The notes under the pieces: generated by a model | The model's input: the letters and a program-made list of their open reading frames with translations, nothing else | Databases searched by the model: none | What the model was told of the DNA's origin: nothing | Origin: Abditibacterium sp. | Lineage (GTDB): Bacteria > Armatimonadota > Abditibacteriia > Abditibacteriales > Abditibacteriaceae | DNA length: 64,000 bases | Assembly (NCBI GenBank): GCA_965199495.1 | Contig: CBDASK010000003.1 | Coordinates: 2,336,001-2,400,000, forward strand | Direction of reading: 5' to 3' | Program-made: the position numbers and the translations under genes | In this document: positions 39,084-49,543 of the stretch, piece by piece | Layout: the number at the start of each line of letters is the position of its first letter | Position numbering within the stretch: the stretch's first letter is position 1

Positions 39084-39476
39084 ATGAAAAACATTAAATT
39101 GGGCGAAAAAGAGAGCGCGCTTTTGGCGTGGGTGGCGCGCCATGCTCCGGCGAGCGCGGCGGAAATCGTGGCCGGTTGGGGCGCCGAGCAGAATGTGGCG
39201 CGCACAACCGTGACGACGATGCTGGAACGTTTGCGCGCCAAAGGTTATCTCAAGCGCGAGAAAATCGGCGCGACGTTTTCTTATGCGCCCCGTGACGCGC
39301 ACGAAACGCAGTTGCGCGGCATCGTTGGACGCTTCGTCGAAAAGACGTTGGGCGGTTCGGTCGAGCCGTTCGTGGCTTATCTCAACGAAGCCGATTTGAG
39401 CGATGCCGACATCGCGCAATTGCGCGAAATCGTTGGACGATTGGACGCGCAAAAATCTGAAGGAGACGCGCAATGA
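39084..39476 (+). CDS. BlaI/MecI/CopY family repressor
   Basis: ARTTVTTMLERLRAKGYLKR and FVEKTLGGS. ATGA-coupled to the M56 gene. Confidence 0.92.
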   Translation: MKNIKLGEKESALLAWVARHAPASAAEIVAGWGAEQNVARTTVTTMLERLRAKGYLKREKIGATFSYAPRDAHETQLRGIVGRFVEKTLGGSVEPFVAYLNEADLSDADIAQLREIVGRLDAQKSEGDAQ

Positions 39477-42400
39477 ACACGCTTTTCGAGGCGCTCACTC
39501 GCGCCAGCGCGTTCGGTTTGGCGGCGCTTTTCGTCGCGTTAATCGCGCAATTTACGCTCAGCAAGCGCGCTCCGGCAGCGTGGCGCGCGTGGATTTGGCG
39601 CATAGCGTTAGTGCAAAGCGCGTTCGCGTTGTTGCCGCTCGCGCCGATTCGCTGGGAAATCTTGGCGCCGCCGACCATCGCGCCAATAGCAGCCACGCCG
39701 AGCGCGCGGGCAAAGCCGAACGAGATTTTCGACACAGATAATTTGAATTCGTCGCCGCTCGAAATGCCCGACGCGCCGCCACTCGAAAACGCGTTATCAC
39801 TCGAAAACGCGTTATCACTCGAAAACGCGTCATCACTCGAAAACGCGTCACCCGTTCCAATCGCGAAAGCTCCGCAAAAGCCGTTCGATTGGCGCGCGTT
39901 GTTGCTGGCGATTTACGCGTTTGGCGTCGCGTTTCAATGCGCGCAATTAGCGCGCGGCAAACGCCAACTGCGCCGCACATTGCGCGATTGCAAACTCAAC
40001 GAAAACGCGGATTTAATAGCGCGTTTAAACGAACTGACGGCGCGAAGCCATTTAAAAATCGCGCCGCAACTGTTAATCAGCGAAGGCGGTTCGCCATTTT
40101 TAACCGGCGTTTTTCGCCCGCGAATCATATTGCCTCTCGCTTTATGCGAAGCCGAAAACGCACAACTCGACGCGGTTTTGGCGCACGAACTGGCGCACTG
40201 TAAACGGCGCGATTTAATCTGGCTCGGCGCGACGTGGCTGCTACAAACGCTGCTGTGGTTTCATCCGCTTTCGTGGGCCGCGCGCCGCTTTCACGGCCTC
40301 GAAACCGAATGCGCGTGCGACGAACTGGCGCTGCAACTCGCGCCCATCGCGCCCCAATCTTATGGCGCGCTACTTTTAAATTCCATGAACAATTCCAAAT
40401 TTTCTTCCCCGCTCGCGGCGGGCACCTGCGATACCTTATTCGCGCTCAAAACGCGCTTGCTGCGTTTGAACAACGCGCCCAAATCGCCGCGTAAAATGGA
40501 GAAATTCGCGTTTGTCATTGCGCTTGTGCTTTCGTGCGGCGCGGTTGTGCCGCTCAAGTTGGTGGCGCGCGCCCAAAATGTGCCGCGCGTGACGCCGCCG
40601 AAGCCGAAAGTTGCGGGTAACGTAATTGTGCAAGGCGTAATTAAATCGAATCAAACGGGCAAACCGCTCGCGGGCGTGCCGGTTATTTTGATTCCCATGT
40701 CGCCGAGCAATTTTGCTCCCAAAAAGGTATTTGCCTTTGATGAAAAGGGGAAACCTCGCCTCGTTGCAGTTCTGGACGTATTTCCCGGTTTGCGAAATAA
40801 GCAGGAAATCATAACCGACTTGCGCGGTTACTTCCGCTTCAATGCAGTTGGTCGCGATTACCTGATTCTCATCGACGGTAAAATTTCGGTGTTGCCATCA
40901 AAACACACGGAATTTTGGGCGCGACAGGCGGTGATAACAGAGATGAAAACAGTGCTAAGATGGAACACCGAATTTAAATTGGACGAAGCGTCACAAAGAT
41001 CCAAACAGTTTGAATTGGACGAAGCGTCACAGAGCTTCAAACAATACGTGTTAAAGACGCTCGCGGGCAATGCGGTTGTTCAGGGCGTCATCGTATCGAA
41101 GCAGACCAAGAAACCGCTCGCGGGCGCACCTGTGGCCTTACTTACGAGAAGCGTAGATCCAATTCCGGAAAGTAGCAAAGGGTTGAAGGTAGCGACTTAT
41201 CAAAAGACGCAAACTGACGCGCGCGGCTACTTTCGCTTCAATGCTTTGGGCGGCGAACAAATGTTGTTGGCTGGAGACTCGGTTGAGGTTGATTTAAACC
41301 AACCTCAACCGACGATCAAAGCTCAGACTGCCAGTAGCTTCAAATTGAAAGACAGACAGATGAAGTATTTCAATCTCGCGTTAGACGCACTCCCCAAACG
41401 CGGCGTGGCCGATGTCGCAGTTCCGCCGTCTGCCATCAAAAAACCGGGCAGCGCGGTTGTGCAAGGCGTGGTGACATCGAAGCAAACCCGGAAACCGTTG
41501 GCGGGAGTGAGTGTGACTTTAACTACGACAAAGTTGGAGACAAATCGCAATGGTCAAACGCGCTCGGAAACACTGAACACTCAGAAAACCCGAACCGACG
41601 CACGCGGTTATTTTCGCTTCAACGCGGCGGAAGGTCTCTATCGCTTGCTCGTCAACGGTAGGATTACTATTGTGATTTTTCGCGACGCAAAGGGGCACCC
41701 CCGAAAATCTAACCGTCCTCTTCAAATTGAATTGGACGAAGATCGCTCCGATGCAGCCACGCCGCCGAAGACCACAGGCACTGGCAACGCGGTTGTGCAG
41801 GGCATCGTTTTGGCGCCGCGAACGAAGCAGCCGTTGGCGGGCGCGCCCATGATTTTGAAAAACGGCGGAAAATCGCAAAATTCTGTGACCGATGCGCGCG
41901 GTTACTTTCGTTTTAACACCGGCGGCGGTAAACAGGTTTTGAGTGTTTCGACGAGAGAACCGAACGCTCCCGCAGACAGCAAACTCTTTATCACGTTCGA
42001 GTTGGAAAACGGCCAAAAGCGAAATCTTAGACTTGATTGGGACGAAATTAGTGATCTCAGCAAAGCCGTCATCCCAACAAACTTGCCGAGGGACAAAGGA
42101 ACGGGCAACGCGGTTATTCAAGGCATTATTACCTCGAAGCAGAGCAAAAAACCGCTTGTGGGCGTGACGATGATTTTGGTTGTGGGGCAGGTCAAGTTGT
42201 GGAGTAAAGACGAGTTATTGCCCGCAAAGGCGAAATACCAAGTAACCGCAACCGACGCGCTCGGTTATTTTCGTTTCAACTCGTCAGTTGGCGAGAAAAA
42301 TTTGCTCATTAATGGCAAAATTTCGCCTGACGCTAACAAAGTTGATAGATTTTTGGCGCCGCAAATCGCTGGTTTTTCATTGAAAAGCGCGGAACGACGC

Positions 42401-42976
42401 AATTTTCAATTTGAACTGGACGAAAACCGCGCTCAAACGAGATTAGACGCGAAACCAGCCACGCCGACATCACTTGATGCGAGGGCATCTACGCCAACGT
42501 ACACCATGAAAAATGCGTATGGTCGAGCCATAGACGAAAATGGGCGCACTTTGATCGGAGCAGTCGCGCCCGAAATTCAGGCGTTTCGTTGGGCCAATGG
42601 AAAAGCAACGGCATTGGCGTCGTTGCGCAGCAAAGTCGTTTTGCTCGCTTTTCAAGATTTCACTTCCGGCGACAAAAAGGCTTTGAGCGATTTCGCGCGC
42701 TCATTCGCAACTACTGCGCGCGTCATCGGCGTTCAAATCAACACGCGCGGCTTCATCGGTTTTCAGCCGCGCATAGATACGGTTTCAACGCGGCTTGCCT
42801 TTCCCATCGCGATTGATGCTCCGCTTGGCGATAGCAATAGGATTGGCGGCTTCACTCTGCGCGCTTACGGTTTTGGTATTACGAGTATTTACGGTTACGC
42901 CGTTATCGAACGCGACGGCAAAGTCATTTACGCGGGCGACGAACTCAGTCGCGCCATTCGATTCGCCAGTCGTTAA
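39473..42976 (+). CDS. BlaR1-like M56 metallopeptidase signal transducer with five beta-sandwich repeats and a C-terminal thioredoxin-like domain
   Basis: AHELAH, WFHPL and ECACDE. Five GNAVVQG...KPLAG...TDARGYFRFN repeats. Confidence 0.9.
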   Translation: MNTLFEALTRASAFGLAALFVALIAQFTLSKRAPAAWRAWIWRIALVQSAFALLPLAPIRWEILAPPTIAPIAATPSARAKPNEIFDTDNLNSSPLEMPDAPPLENALSLENALSLENASSLENASPVPIAKAPQKPFDWRALLLAIYAFGVAFQCAQLARGKRQLRRTLRDCKLNENADLIARLNELTARSHLKIAPQLLISEGGSPFLTGVFRPRIILPLALCEAENAQLDAVLAHELAHCKRRDLIWLGATWLLQTLLWFHPLSWAARRFHGLETECACDELALQLAPIAPQSYGALLLNSMNNSKFSSPLAAGTCDTLFALKTRLLRLNNAPKSPRKMEKFAFVIALVLSCGAVVPLKLVARAQNVPRVTPPKPKVAGNVIVQGVIKSNQTGKPLAGVPVILIPMSPSNFAPKKVFAFDEKGKPRLVAVLDVFPGLRNKQEIITDLRGYFRFNAVGRDYLILIDGKISVLPSKHTEFWARQAVITEMKTVLRWNTEFKLDEASQRSKQFELDEASQSFKQYVLKTLAGNAVVQGVIVSKQTKKPLAGAPVALLTRSVDPIPESSKGLKVATYQKTQTDARGYFRFNALGGEQMLLAGDSVEVDLNQPQPTIKAQTASSFKLKDRQMKYFNLALDALPKRGVADVAVPPSAIKKPGSAVVQGVVTSKQTRKPLAGVSVTLTTTKLETNRNGQTRSETLNTQKTRTDARGYFRFNAAEGLYRLLVNGRITIVIFRDAKGHPRKSNRPLQIELDEDRSDAATPPKTTGTGNAVVQGIVLAPRTKQPLAGAPMILKNGGKSQNSVTDARGYFRFNTGGGKQVLSVSTREPNAPADSKLFITFELENGQKRNLRLDWDEISDLSKAVIPTNLPRDKGTGNAVIQGIITSKQSKKPLVGVTMILVVGQVKLWSKDELLPAKAKYQVTATDALGYFRFNSSVGEKNLLINGKISPDANKVDRFLAPQIAGFSLKSAERRNFQFELDENRAQTRLDAKPATPTSLDARASTPTYTMKNAYGRAIDENGRTLIGAVAPEIQAFRWANGKATALASLRSKVVLLAFQDFTSGDKKALSDFARSFATTARVIGVQINTRGFIGFQPRIDTVSTRLAFPIAIDAPLGDSNRIGGFTLRAYGFGITSIYGYAVIERDGKVIYAGDELSRAIRFASR
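39781..39851 (+). repeat. In-frame 18-bp tandem repeat x4 (LENALS)
   Basis: ACTCGAAAACGCGTTATC units. Confidence 0.9.
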
Positions 42977-42980
42977 TGCA

Positions 42981-43018
42981 AAAAGCCGCTTTTCTCGCGA
43001 AGAGAAAAGCGGCTCTTT
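42981..43018. terminator. Bidirectional terminator between convergent genes
   Basis: AGCCGCTTTTCT-CGCGA-AGAGAAAAGCGGCT region forms a GC stem flanked by A and T runs. Confidence 0.7.
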
Positions 43019-43029
43019 CGCGCCAAAAC

Positions 43030-43758
43030 CTAATTCCCACTCAACGGTTCGGTAATCACGATGCCGTTTTCGTGTTGAATTTCATACACGTACTCGCGCA
43101 GTTGAACCGGCGTTGCGCGCATTTTGCGCACGAACATCGCGCGTTTGTAGCGGCCCTCTTCGGCCTCGACCAATCTCAATCGAATGACGCCCGACACCAG
43201 AAATTCTTCGACTGAATGTTCGGCCTGGCCCATCGCGCCCGGCCAGATGTGCGAGGTCATAATCGTGGTGCAACCCAAATTATCGTCGATCGAGAAGATC
43301 AGTTCGCGGATGAATTCCTGCACGTCGTGAACGCGTTCGCGGTGCAAAACCAAAGGCACAATCGAATCGAAAATTAAGCGTTTGGCGTTGATGCGACGAA
43401 TTTGTTTGGCCAAATCCTGGATGACTTCGGTGGTGTCAATCGTGTTATTTTTGCCCTGACGCACCCAGTTGAAATAGGGCGAGACATCGAGCAAAGTGAG
43501 GCGACCGGCTTCGACGGGCGTGCGCAAGTCCCAGCCCAGACTTTCGGCGTCTTCGACAACGTGCGCCGGTTTTTCGTCCACCGAAATATAGATGCCGTTT
43601 TCGCCGCGCCGCAAACCTTCGAGGATGAACTGCGCGCAAAACGTGGTCTTGCCCGTGCCCGGCTCGCCCGTCAAAAGATAGCTTTTGCCCTGGGGCAAAC
43701 CGCCCTGTAAAATGTCGTCCAGTCCGGCGATTCCGGTGGGAACTCTTGCTCGTGCCAT
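43030..43758 (-). CDS. Single-domain KaiC/RAD55-like ATPase (RecA superfamily)
   Basis: TGIAGLDDILQGGLP, GEPGTGKT, FDS and VRKMRAT. Confidence 0.9.
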   Translation of the reverse strand: MARARVPTGIAGLDDILQGGLPQGKSYLLTGEPGTGKTTFCAQFILEGLRRGENGIYISVDEKPAHVVEDAESLGWDLRTPVEAGRLTLLDVSPYFNWVRQGKNNTIDTTEVIQDLAKQIRRINAKRLIFDSIVPLVLHRERVHDVQEFIRELIFSIDDNLGCTTIMTSHIWPGAMGQAEHSVEEFLVSGVIRLRLVEAEEGRYKRAMFVRKMRATPVQLREYVYEIQHENGIVITEPLSGN

Positions 43759-43881
43759 AATTTTAATTTCCTAAGTTTGAGCGCCGCCATCTTTTTGGCG
43801 CGCCGCCAAGTGTAACAAGGCAATCGCCACGCCAACAGGATGAACCGCAAATCGCGTTCTCATTTGCGTGGAGAAAGCGCG

Positions 43882-44664
43882 CTAATCGGTTTGTCCATCG
43901 TCTTGCCCGACATCCGTTTGCAACTGCGCCGCCTCGCGCGAGTTTTCGACTTTCTGAGACAACTTGACCGCGAGCGGCGTAATCGCGAAGAACACCACAA
44001 CTGCTGCCGCCGTGGCTGCCCAGCGCGCGGGCGTGGCTCTAAATTCGGGCAGGCTGTTGGGCATGATATTACCCAGAATAAAGCCGCCGAGCAAACCGCC
44101 CATGTGACCGAAATTATCAATGTTGCCAAACGTGCCGCTAAAACCAATGGCGATGTTGATGCCGATGAACATCAGCATCTGCGAACCGAAGGTATCCCAG
44201 TAAGAGCGGCGACGCAGCGAAATCGCCAGAAACGCGCCCGCCAACCCGAAAATCGCGCCGCTCGCGCCGACCGAATTGCCGCCGCTCCACACCAAACTCA
44301 TCAGGCTCGAAGTCCAGCCCGTCGCCAGATAAAGCAGCAGAAATTTGGGCGCGCCATAAATGCGCTCGATGGCGGGGCCGATTTGATACAGCACATACAT
44401 ATTGAACGCGATATGAATGAAGCCGCCGTGCAAAAACGTGCAACTGATGAGGCGCCACCATTCGCCCTGCCGCACCAAATCGGAATACATCGAGCCGAAC
44501 TTAATCAGCACATCGCTATCGGTATCGCCAAAGCCACCGCGTCCACCGGTGATGGTATACATCAGCAGACAAATCGCCATCATCGCGTAAGTCGCGTAGG
44601 GAATATATTCGCTTTGCTCGCGATATTGCCGCCCGACGTTGACGGGTTGGGGAGATTGATTCAT
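43882..44664 (-). CDS. Rhomboid intramembrane serine protease
   Basis: WWRL, FLHGGFIHIAFN, GASG and GHMGG. Confidence 0.93.
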   Translation of the reverse strand: MNQSPQPVNVGRQYREQSEYIPYATYAMMAICLLMYTITGGRGGFGDTDSDVLIKFGSMYSDLVRQGEWWRLISCTFLHGGFIHIAFNMYVLYQIGPAIERIYGAPKFLLLYLATGWTSSLMSLVWSGGNSVGASGAIFGLAGAFLAISLRRRSYWDTFGSQMLMFIGINIAIGFSGTFGNIDNFGHMGGLLGGFILGNIMPNSLPEFRATPARWAATAAAVVVFFAITPLAVKLSQKVENSREAAQLQTDVGQDDGQTD

Positions 44665-44669
44665 AAGCG

Positions 44670-46190
44670 TTAAACCAACGCGCCAATGTGCCTAAACGTT
44701 GCCTTGAGAGCGGGATATAATTCGCCGTAAATCCGATAATACTCGTCGTAAACGCGCGCATTGGCTTCGATGACGCTCGCGCCGCGCGAAACTTTAACTA
44801 CGGCATGACACGCTTCCTCGACATCGGCGTAAATATCGGTTCCCACGCCCGCCAGCAGCGCCGCGCCCAACGCCGGGCCTTCGTCAATGGCGATGTTGGA
44901 AAGCGGATAACCGAAGACATCGGCCTGAATTTGGCGCCATACGCTCGATTTGGCGCCGCCGCCCGAACAACGCACGTTGCCAATCGAAACGCCCATTGAC
45001 TTCATAATTTCCAGACTATCGCGCAACCCAAACGAGACGCCTTCCAAAACCGCGCGCGCCATGTGCGCTTTGGTGTGGCGCACCGTCAATCCGACGAACG
45101 CGCCGCGCGCCAACGGGTCGGGATGCGGCGTGCGTTCGCCGCTCAGATAGGGCAAAAACAGCAAGCCTTCGGCGCCCGGCGCGACCGTATCGGCTTCGCG
45201 CGCGATCAAATCGTAGGCGTCAATGTTCATATGTTGAGCGACCGATTTTTCCGACCGCGCCAGAGTATCGCGATACCAGCGCAGACTGCCGCCCGCGCTT
45301 AACATCACGCCCATGACGTGCCATTTGTTCGGCACAGCATGACAAAACGTGTGCATACGCAATTGCGGGTCAACTGTCGGCGTGTCGGCGAAAGCGAAAA
45401 CGACGCCGCTCGTGCCGGTCGCGACCGAAATGATGCCGCTTTGCACGATGCCGTTGCCGACCGCGCCCGCCGCCTGATCGCCGCCGCCGCCCACAACCGG
45501 CGTGCCCGGCTTGAGGCCGGTGAGTTGCGCCGCGCGCGCCGAAATATGGCCCGAAATCTCGTGACTTTCGTAGACGCGCGGCAAGTGCGAAAGCGGAATA
45601 TCGAGCTTGTCGCACACGACGTGGCTCCATCGGCGTTGGGGCACATTCAACAGCAATGTGCCCGACGCATCGGAAACTTCGGTCGCGAATTCGCCGGTCA
45701 GTTCGTAGCGCACGTAATCTTTGGGCAGCAAAATCATGCGCGCGCGCTCGTAAATCGCGGGTTCGTTTTCGCGCACCCACAGAATTTTGGGCGCGGTAAA
45801 ACCCGTGAGCGCCGGATTGGCGGTTTCGCTCACCAAGGTTTCCAATCCGACAATTTGCGTGATTTCATCGCACTGTTTTTGGGTGCGCCCATCGTTCCAC
45901 AAAATCGCCGGACGCAACACCGCGCCGTTTTCGTCCAGCAAAACCAAACCGTGCATCTGGCCGCTCAATCCGATGCCCGCGATAGCGTCGTTGCCGATTT
46001 GCGCGACGATCTGGCGGCAACATACAGCCACGGCGTCCCACCACAGCGCGGGGTCTTGCTCGGCCCACAACGGTTTGGGAGACGAATAATCGTATTCGAC
46101 GTGCGCGGTCGCGACGAGAACGCCGCCTTCGTCAATCGCGATGACTTTAGTGCCGGACGTGCCGATGTCGATGCCGAGTAAATAAGACAT
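44670..46190 (-). CDS. xylB: Xylulokinase
   Basis: GIDIGTSGTK, SGQMHG, TGFTAPKILW, GGGDQAA and PYLSGERTP. Confidence 0.93.
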   Translation of the reverse strand: MSYLLGIDIGTSGTKVIAIDEGGVLVATAHVEYDYSSPKPLWAEQDPALWWDAVAVCCRQIVAQIGNDAIAGIGLSGQMHGLVLLDENGAVLRPAILWNDGRTQKQCDEITQIVGLETLVSETANPALTGFTAPKILWVRENEPAIYERARMILLPKDYVRYELTGEFATEVSDASGTLLLNVPQRRWSHVVCDKLDIPLSHLPRVYESHEISGHISARAAQLTGLKPGTPVVGGGGDQAAGAVGNGIVQSGIISVATGTSGVVFAFADTPTVDPQLRMHTFCHAVPNKWHVMGVMLSAGGSLRWYRDTLARSEKSVAQHMNIDAYDLIAREADTVAPGAEGLLFLPYLSGERTPHPDPLARGAFVGLTVRHTKAHMARAVLEGVSFGLRDSLEIMKSMGVSIGNVRCSGGGAKSSVWRQIQADVFGYPLSNIAIDEGPALGAALLAGVGTDIYADVEEACHAVVKVSRGASVIEANARVYDEYYRIYGELYPALKATFRHIGALV

Positions 46191-46226
46191 AAATTGGATT
46201 GAAGCCTCTATTTTACCAACTCGCGC

Positions 46227-46425
46227 GTAAAAGTTACGCAATTGGTCTGCGCCTGTCATTTCGAGTGAGGCACGAACCGAGAATAGGACGGCCCCGCGCC
46301 AGCGGAGACAATACGAAAGCCCAAACGTAAAAGTCGCTCCAACCTGCGCTGCCGCGCGGGCGAAAGATTTCTCGGTTCGTGCCTCACTCGAAATGACAGG
46401 CGCAGACCAATTGCGTAACTTTTAC
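46227..46425. repeat. Palindromic element (family B)
   Basis: GTAAAAGTTACGCAATTGGTCTGCGCCTGTCATTTCGAGTGAGGCACGAACCGAGAA and its inverted copy. Confidence 0.92.
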
Positions 46426-46489
46426 CTATGATTTGATTTTCGCGCGATACCGAATAAACTCTACGCGCTCATTTATTGGTGTAATACCG

Positions 46490-48529
46490 ATGCAACTCAA
46501 TCCGATTCTCGCTCTGGAACTGCGCGCGCGCTGGCGTATGAACCGTTCGCATTTGCTGCTGTTGGGCGTGGTGCTGGCGCTCAGTTTTTTGGCGGCGTTT
46601 GTCTACCAAAGCGCGGGGCTTCGCAACGACAACGACGCGGCGCTGGCGAGCGCGAGCGCGCTCAATCCGAGCGCGGCGCTGCAAAGTTTTAATGGCGGCG
46701 CGTCGGCGATTGGGCGCCAACTGTTTATGGCCATCGCGCACGCCAATATTTTGAGCTGGCTTTTGCTGTCGGTGGCCTCGGCAGCCACCGGCATCGCGCG
46801 CGAACGCGAGCGCGGCTTGCTCGAATCGTTGCAACTGTCGCACATGAGCGCGCCCGACCAGATTCGCGCGCGCTTTTTCGCCAACGTTTTGCTGCTCAGC
46901 CTGCTGCAACTGGTGCTGTTGCCGGTCTACTGCGTGGCGATGATGATGGGCGGCGTTTCGGTCTCCGAAGTCGCTGGAGCGATTTATCTGGCGACCTGCG
47001 CGGCGATTCTGGGCACCGCCATCGGGTTATGGTTTTCGGCGCGCTCGCACCGGCCAACCAACGCGCTGTTTGGCTCGCTGAGCACCATCCTTTTGTTATC
47101 GGTCGGGCTTTTCTACTGGATTCAAGATACCAGTATGTGGGCCAGCCGGTTTGGGCGTTCCATTCACTGGGAAACTTTGTGGCCGATGCTGTTGCATCCG
47201 AGCGGCCTGTTTTGGGCGCTGACCGATCCGATGCCCAAATGGACTTGGTCGCCGCTTGAAATGGTCGTCGGCGCTGGCGCGTTGTGGACGCTGTCGAGTC
47301 TGCTTTTGCTTTCGATGGCCGCGCGCAACGTCAACCGCTCGTTGCCGGTGGCTGCATGGCGCACCGGTTCGGTCTGGGTCGAGAAACTCAAGCAAAAACA
47401 GGTGGCGGCCCCGCCCAAATCGGTGCGCGCGCAACGCACCAACGACGCTCTGCTCGCCGACATTCCGCTCGACCGTTTCGTCAAGTTCGCCGATCCGTTG
47501 TTGTCGCGTGAAGTCAAGTCGCGCTTTCGCTTGCGCCGCGCCGGGTTCTGGCTGAGTGTCGTGCGCGGCGCCCTATTTTTAGGTGCGGCGGCGGCGTGGT
47601 TGTTTGAAGTGTTCTGGCTCTTCGATCCGCCCTCGCGCAATCAAATGGCGCCTTATGGTTTGCGCGTGCTGCTTTATGGCGGCACGCTTTGTCTGGCGGT
47701 TTTGGCGGCGACTTCGTGGACGCGCGAGCGCGAAAGCGGGACATGGGAATCGCTCAAACTTTCGCTCTTGACGCCGCGCCAAATTCTGCGCGCCAAATGG
47801 CTTTCGCCGCTCATTTCGTTCGCTTACTATTCGGCGCCCCTGTGGGTTTTGCTGCCGATTGGCGCGCTGTTTATTAACTTCAACTCGTTCGCGGCGGGCG
47901 TCGTCGTGGTGGCGGCGTGGCTGGGTTTGGCGGTCGCACTGGGGCTTTGGATGTCGTGGCGCGTGCGCAACGGCACCGCCGCCATCGCGTGGACGGTCGG
48001 CGTTTTGGCGCTGCTTTTGATTGCCGTGCCGTGGCTCAACGCTCTGGCAGGCGTGGACGACACGCTGGCGAGCTGGAAATATGGCGTTGGCAACCCCGTA
48101 GAGATCTACAACGCGATTTATATGGGGCCTCCCAACAGCGCGGCCCTGCCTCGTTTCGCCAAAATTTACGAGCAGCAAAGCGGCGCTAAAGCGACGGAGA
48201 TTTTTACCAATAACTTCGGCATGGCGATGGGTTCTTATTACACTCCGGGCCTACAAAGTTGGGTGCGCGACAAAATCGGAGAAACCGACAAATTCAAACG
48301 CGGGTTACGCGTCTGGCATCCCGGCGAGGCTCTGGAACGATTGTTTAGAGACGCGTCGTCACGAGACAATTTGTCTTATCCCTATTACGGGAACAATGAG
48401 ACGAACCTCGACTTGGCCGCCGAAACCAAAAGCGCGGTTTTGTGGAGCGTCCTCAGTCCATTTTTCCTCACGATGATTTTGTTATTATTGCTGCGTCGCG
48501 ACGTGAAAAGGGAACAGTTGAACGCGTGA
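46490..48529 (+). CDS. Duplicated ABC-2-type permease-like membrane protein
   Basis: Two homologous halves (NPILALELR / DPLLSREVK and ARERERGLLESL / TRERESGTWESL). No ATPase gene adjacent. Confidence 0.8.
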   Translation: MQLNPILALELRARWRMNRSHLLLLGVVLALSFLAAFVYQSAGLRNDNDAALASASALNPSAALQSFNGGASAIGRQLFMAIAHANILSWLLLSVASAATGIARERERGLLESLQLSHMSAPDQIRARFFANVLLLSLLQLVLLPVYCVAMMMGGVSVSEVAGAIYLATCAAILGTAIGLWFSARSHRPTNALFGSLSTILLLSVGLFYWIQDTSMWASRFGRSIHWETLWPMLLHPSGLFWALTDPMPKWTWSPLEMVVGAGALWTLSSLLLLSMAARNVNRSLPVAAWRTGSVWVEKLKQKQVAAPPKSVRAQRTNDALLADIPLDRFVKFADPLLSREVKSRFRLRRAGFWLSVVRGALFLGAAAAWLFEVFWLFDPPSRNQMAPYGLRVLLYGGTLCLAVLAATSWTRERESGTWESLKLSLLTPRQILRAKWLSPLISFAYYSAPLWVLLPIGALFINFNSFAAGVVVVAAWLGLAVALGLWMSWRVRNGTAAIAWTVGVLALLLIAVPWLNALAGVDDTLASWKYGVGNPVEIYNAIYMGPPNSAALPRFAKIYEQQSGAKATEIFTNNFGMAMGSYYTPGLQSWVRDKIGETDKFKRGLRVWHPGEALERLFRDASSRDNLSYPYYGNNETNLDLAAETKSAVLWSVLSPFFLTMILLLLLRRDVKREQLNA

Positions 48530-48585
48530 GATTAAGTTCAGGCCGGGTAGTGCGTCAGCCCCGCCAAATTTCATCCGTTAATTTT

Positions 48586-49518
48586 ATGAAACAGACCGAA
48601 ATTATCCGCCAACTGCGCCCGGTTATCGAAAGCGCGCTCGTCCAAGCCGAGCCACACTGCGGGTTGGGAACCGGTAGCGGCCTAATTTTCACCGGCAACT
48701 ACGATTGGCATTCGAGCGTTCACGCGCACTGGGCGCTGCTTTCAATGGCGCGCGCGGGCGCAGACAACGAATTGCGCGACACAATTTTAGCGCGTTTATC
48801 GCCGCATAATTTGGCGGCGGAACACGAGTTTTTGGCGCGTGATACACAATTTGAATTGCCCTATGGTCGCGCGTGGCTGGCGTTGTTGTTAAGCGAATTA
48901 GAAAAGCATCCGCACAATTACGCCGAGTTGCCGCAATTGCGCGCGCTCATCGAAACGCAAGTCATCGAATGGCTCGAACAAACGCCGTTTGAAGCGAACG
49001 CGCCCCGCGCGACGGGCGCGAATATAGCGTGCGGTAGCCATCAATCGTGGCTGTTCGCCTATTTGTTGTTGCAACTCAGCGCGCCCTTAACGCCGATTCA
49101 AGCGCGTTTGAACGATTTGTTCCCGCGCATCGAAGCCGCGCGTTTGCGCATCGCGCGAACGCGCCCAAGCGACTACGATTTCCTGTATTTGCCCGCCGTT
49201 TTACAAGCAATCGAAGCCACGCGCTCGATAGCAGCCACGGCGGCGCCGTATCGTCATTCGACGCGACCGAAATGGCAAACGCTCGACCGCGCCAACTGTC
49301 ACACGGCGGGCGCCAACGTCACGCGTTTGTGGCCGCGCGCGTTCGAGGGCCAATTTAGCCGCGCTTTAAACGACGTATTCAAACGGCGCGAACAGTGGGC
49401 GGGCGATTTTTTGTATGTTTCGCATTGGGTGCCGCAGTTCATCTGGCTGGGCGCGCTGCTCGAACGCGGCGAATTTGCGGCGCGTTCGCCAGAAAGAGAA
49501 AAGACGATTTTAGCTTGA
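48586..49518 (+). CDS. DUF2891 family protein
   Basis: FTGNYDWHSSVHAHW, FELPYGRAW and SHWVPQF. Confidence 0.75.
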   Translation: MKQTEIIRQLRPVIESALVQAEPHCGLGTGSGLIFTGNYDWHSSVHAHWALLSMARAGADNELRDTILARLSPHNLAAEHEFLARDTQFELPYGRAWLALLLSELEKHPHNYAELPQLRALIETQVIEWLEQTPFEANAPRATGANIACGSHQSWLFAYLLLQLSAPLTPIQARLNDLFPRIEAARLRIARTRPSDYDFLYLPAVLQAIEATRSIAATAAPYRHSTRPKWQTLDRANCHTAGANVTRLWPRAFEGQFSRALNDVFKRREQWAGDFLYVSHWVPQFIWLGALLERGEFAARSPEREKTILA

Positions 49519-49543
49519 GAATCATGGCCCAGACGGGGAAAAG

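Noticed and set aside
40616..42430. Diversity-generating retroelement acting on the BlaR1-like repeats
   Set aside because: No reverse transcriptase and no near-identical template/variable pair with adenine-specific differences.
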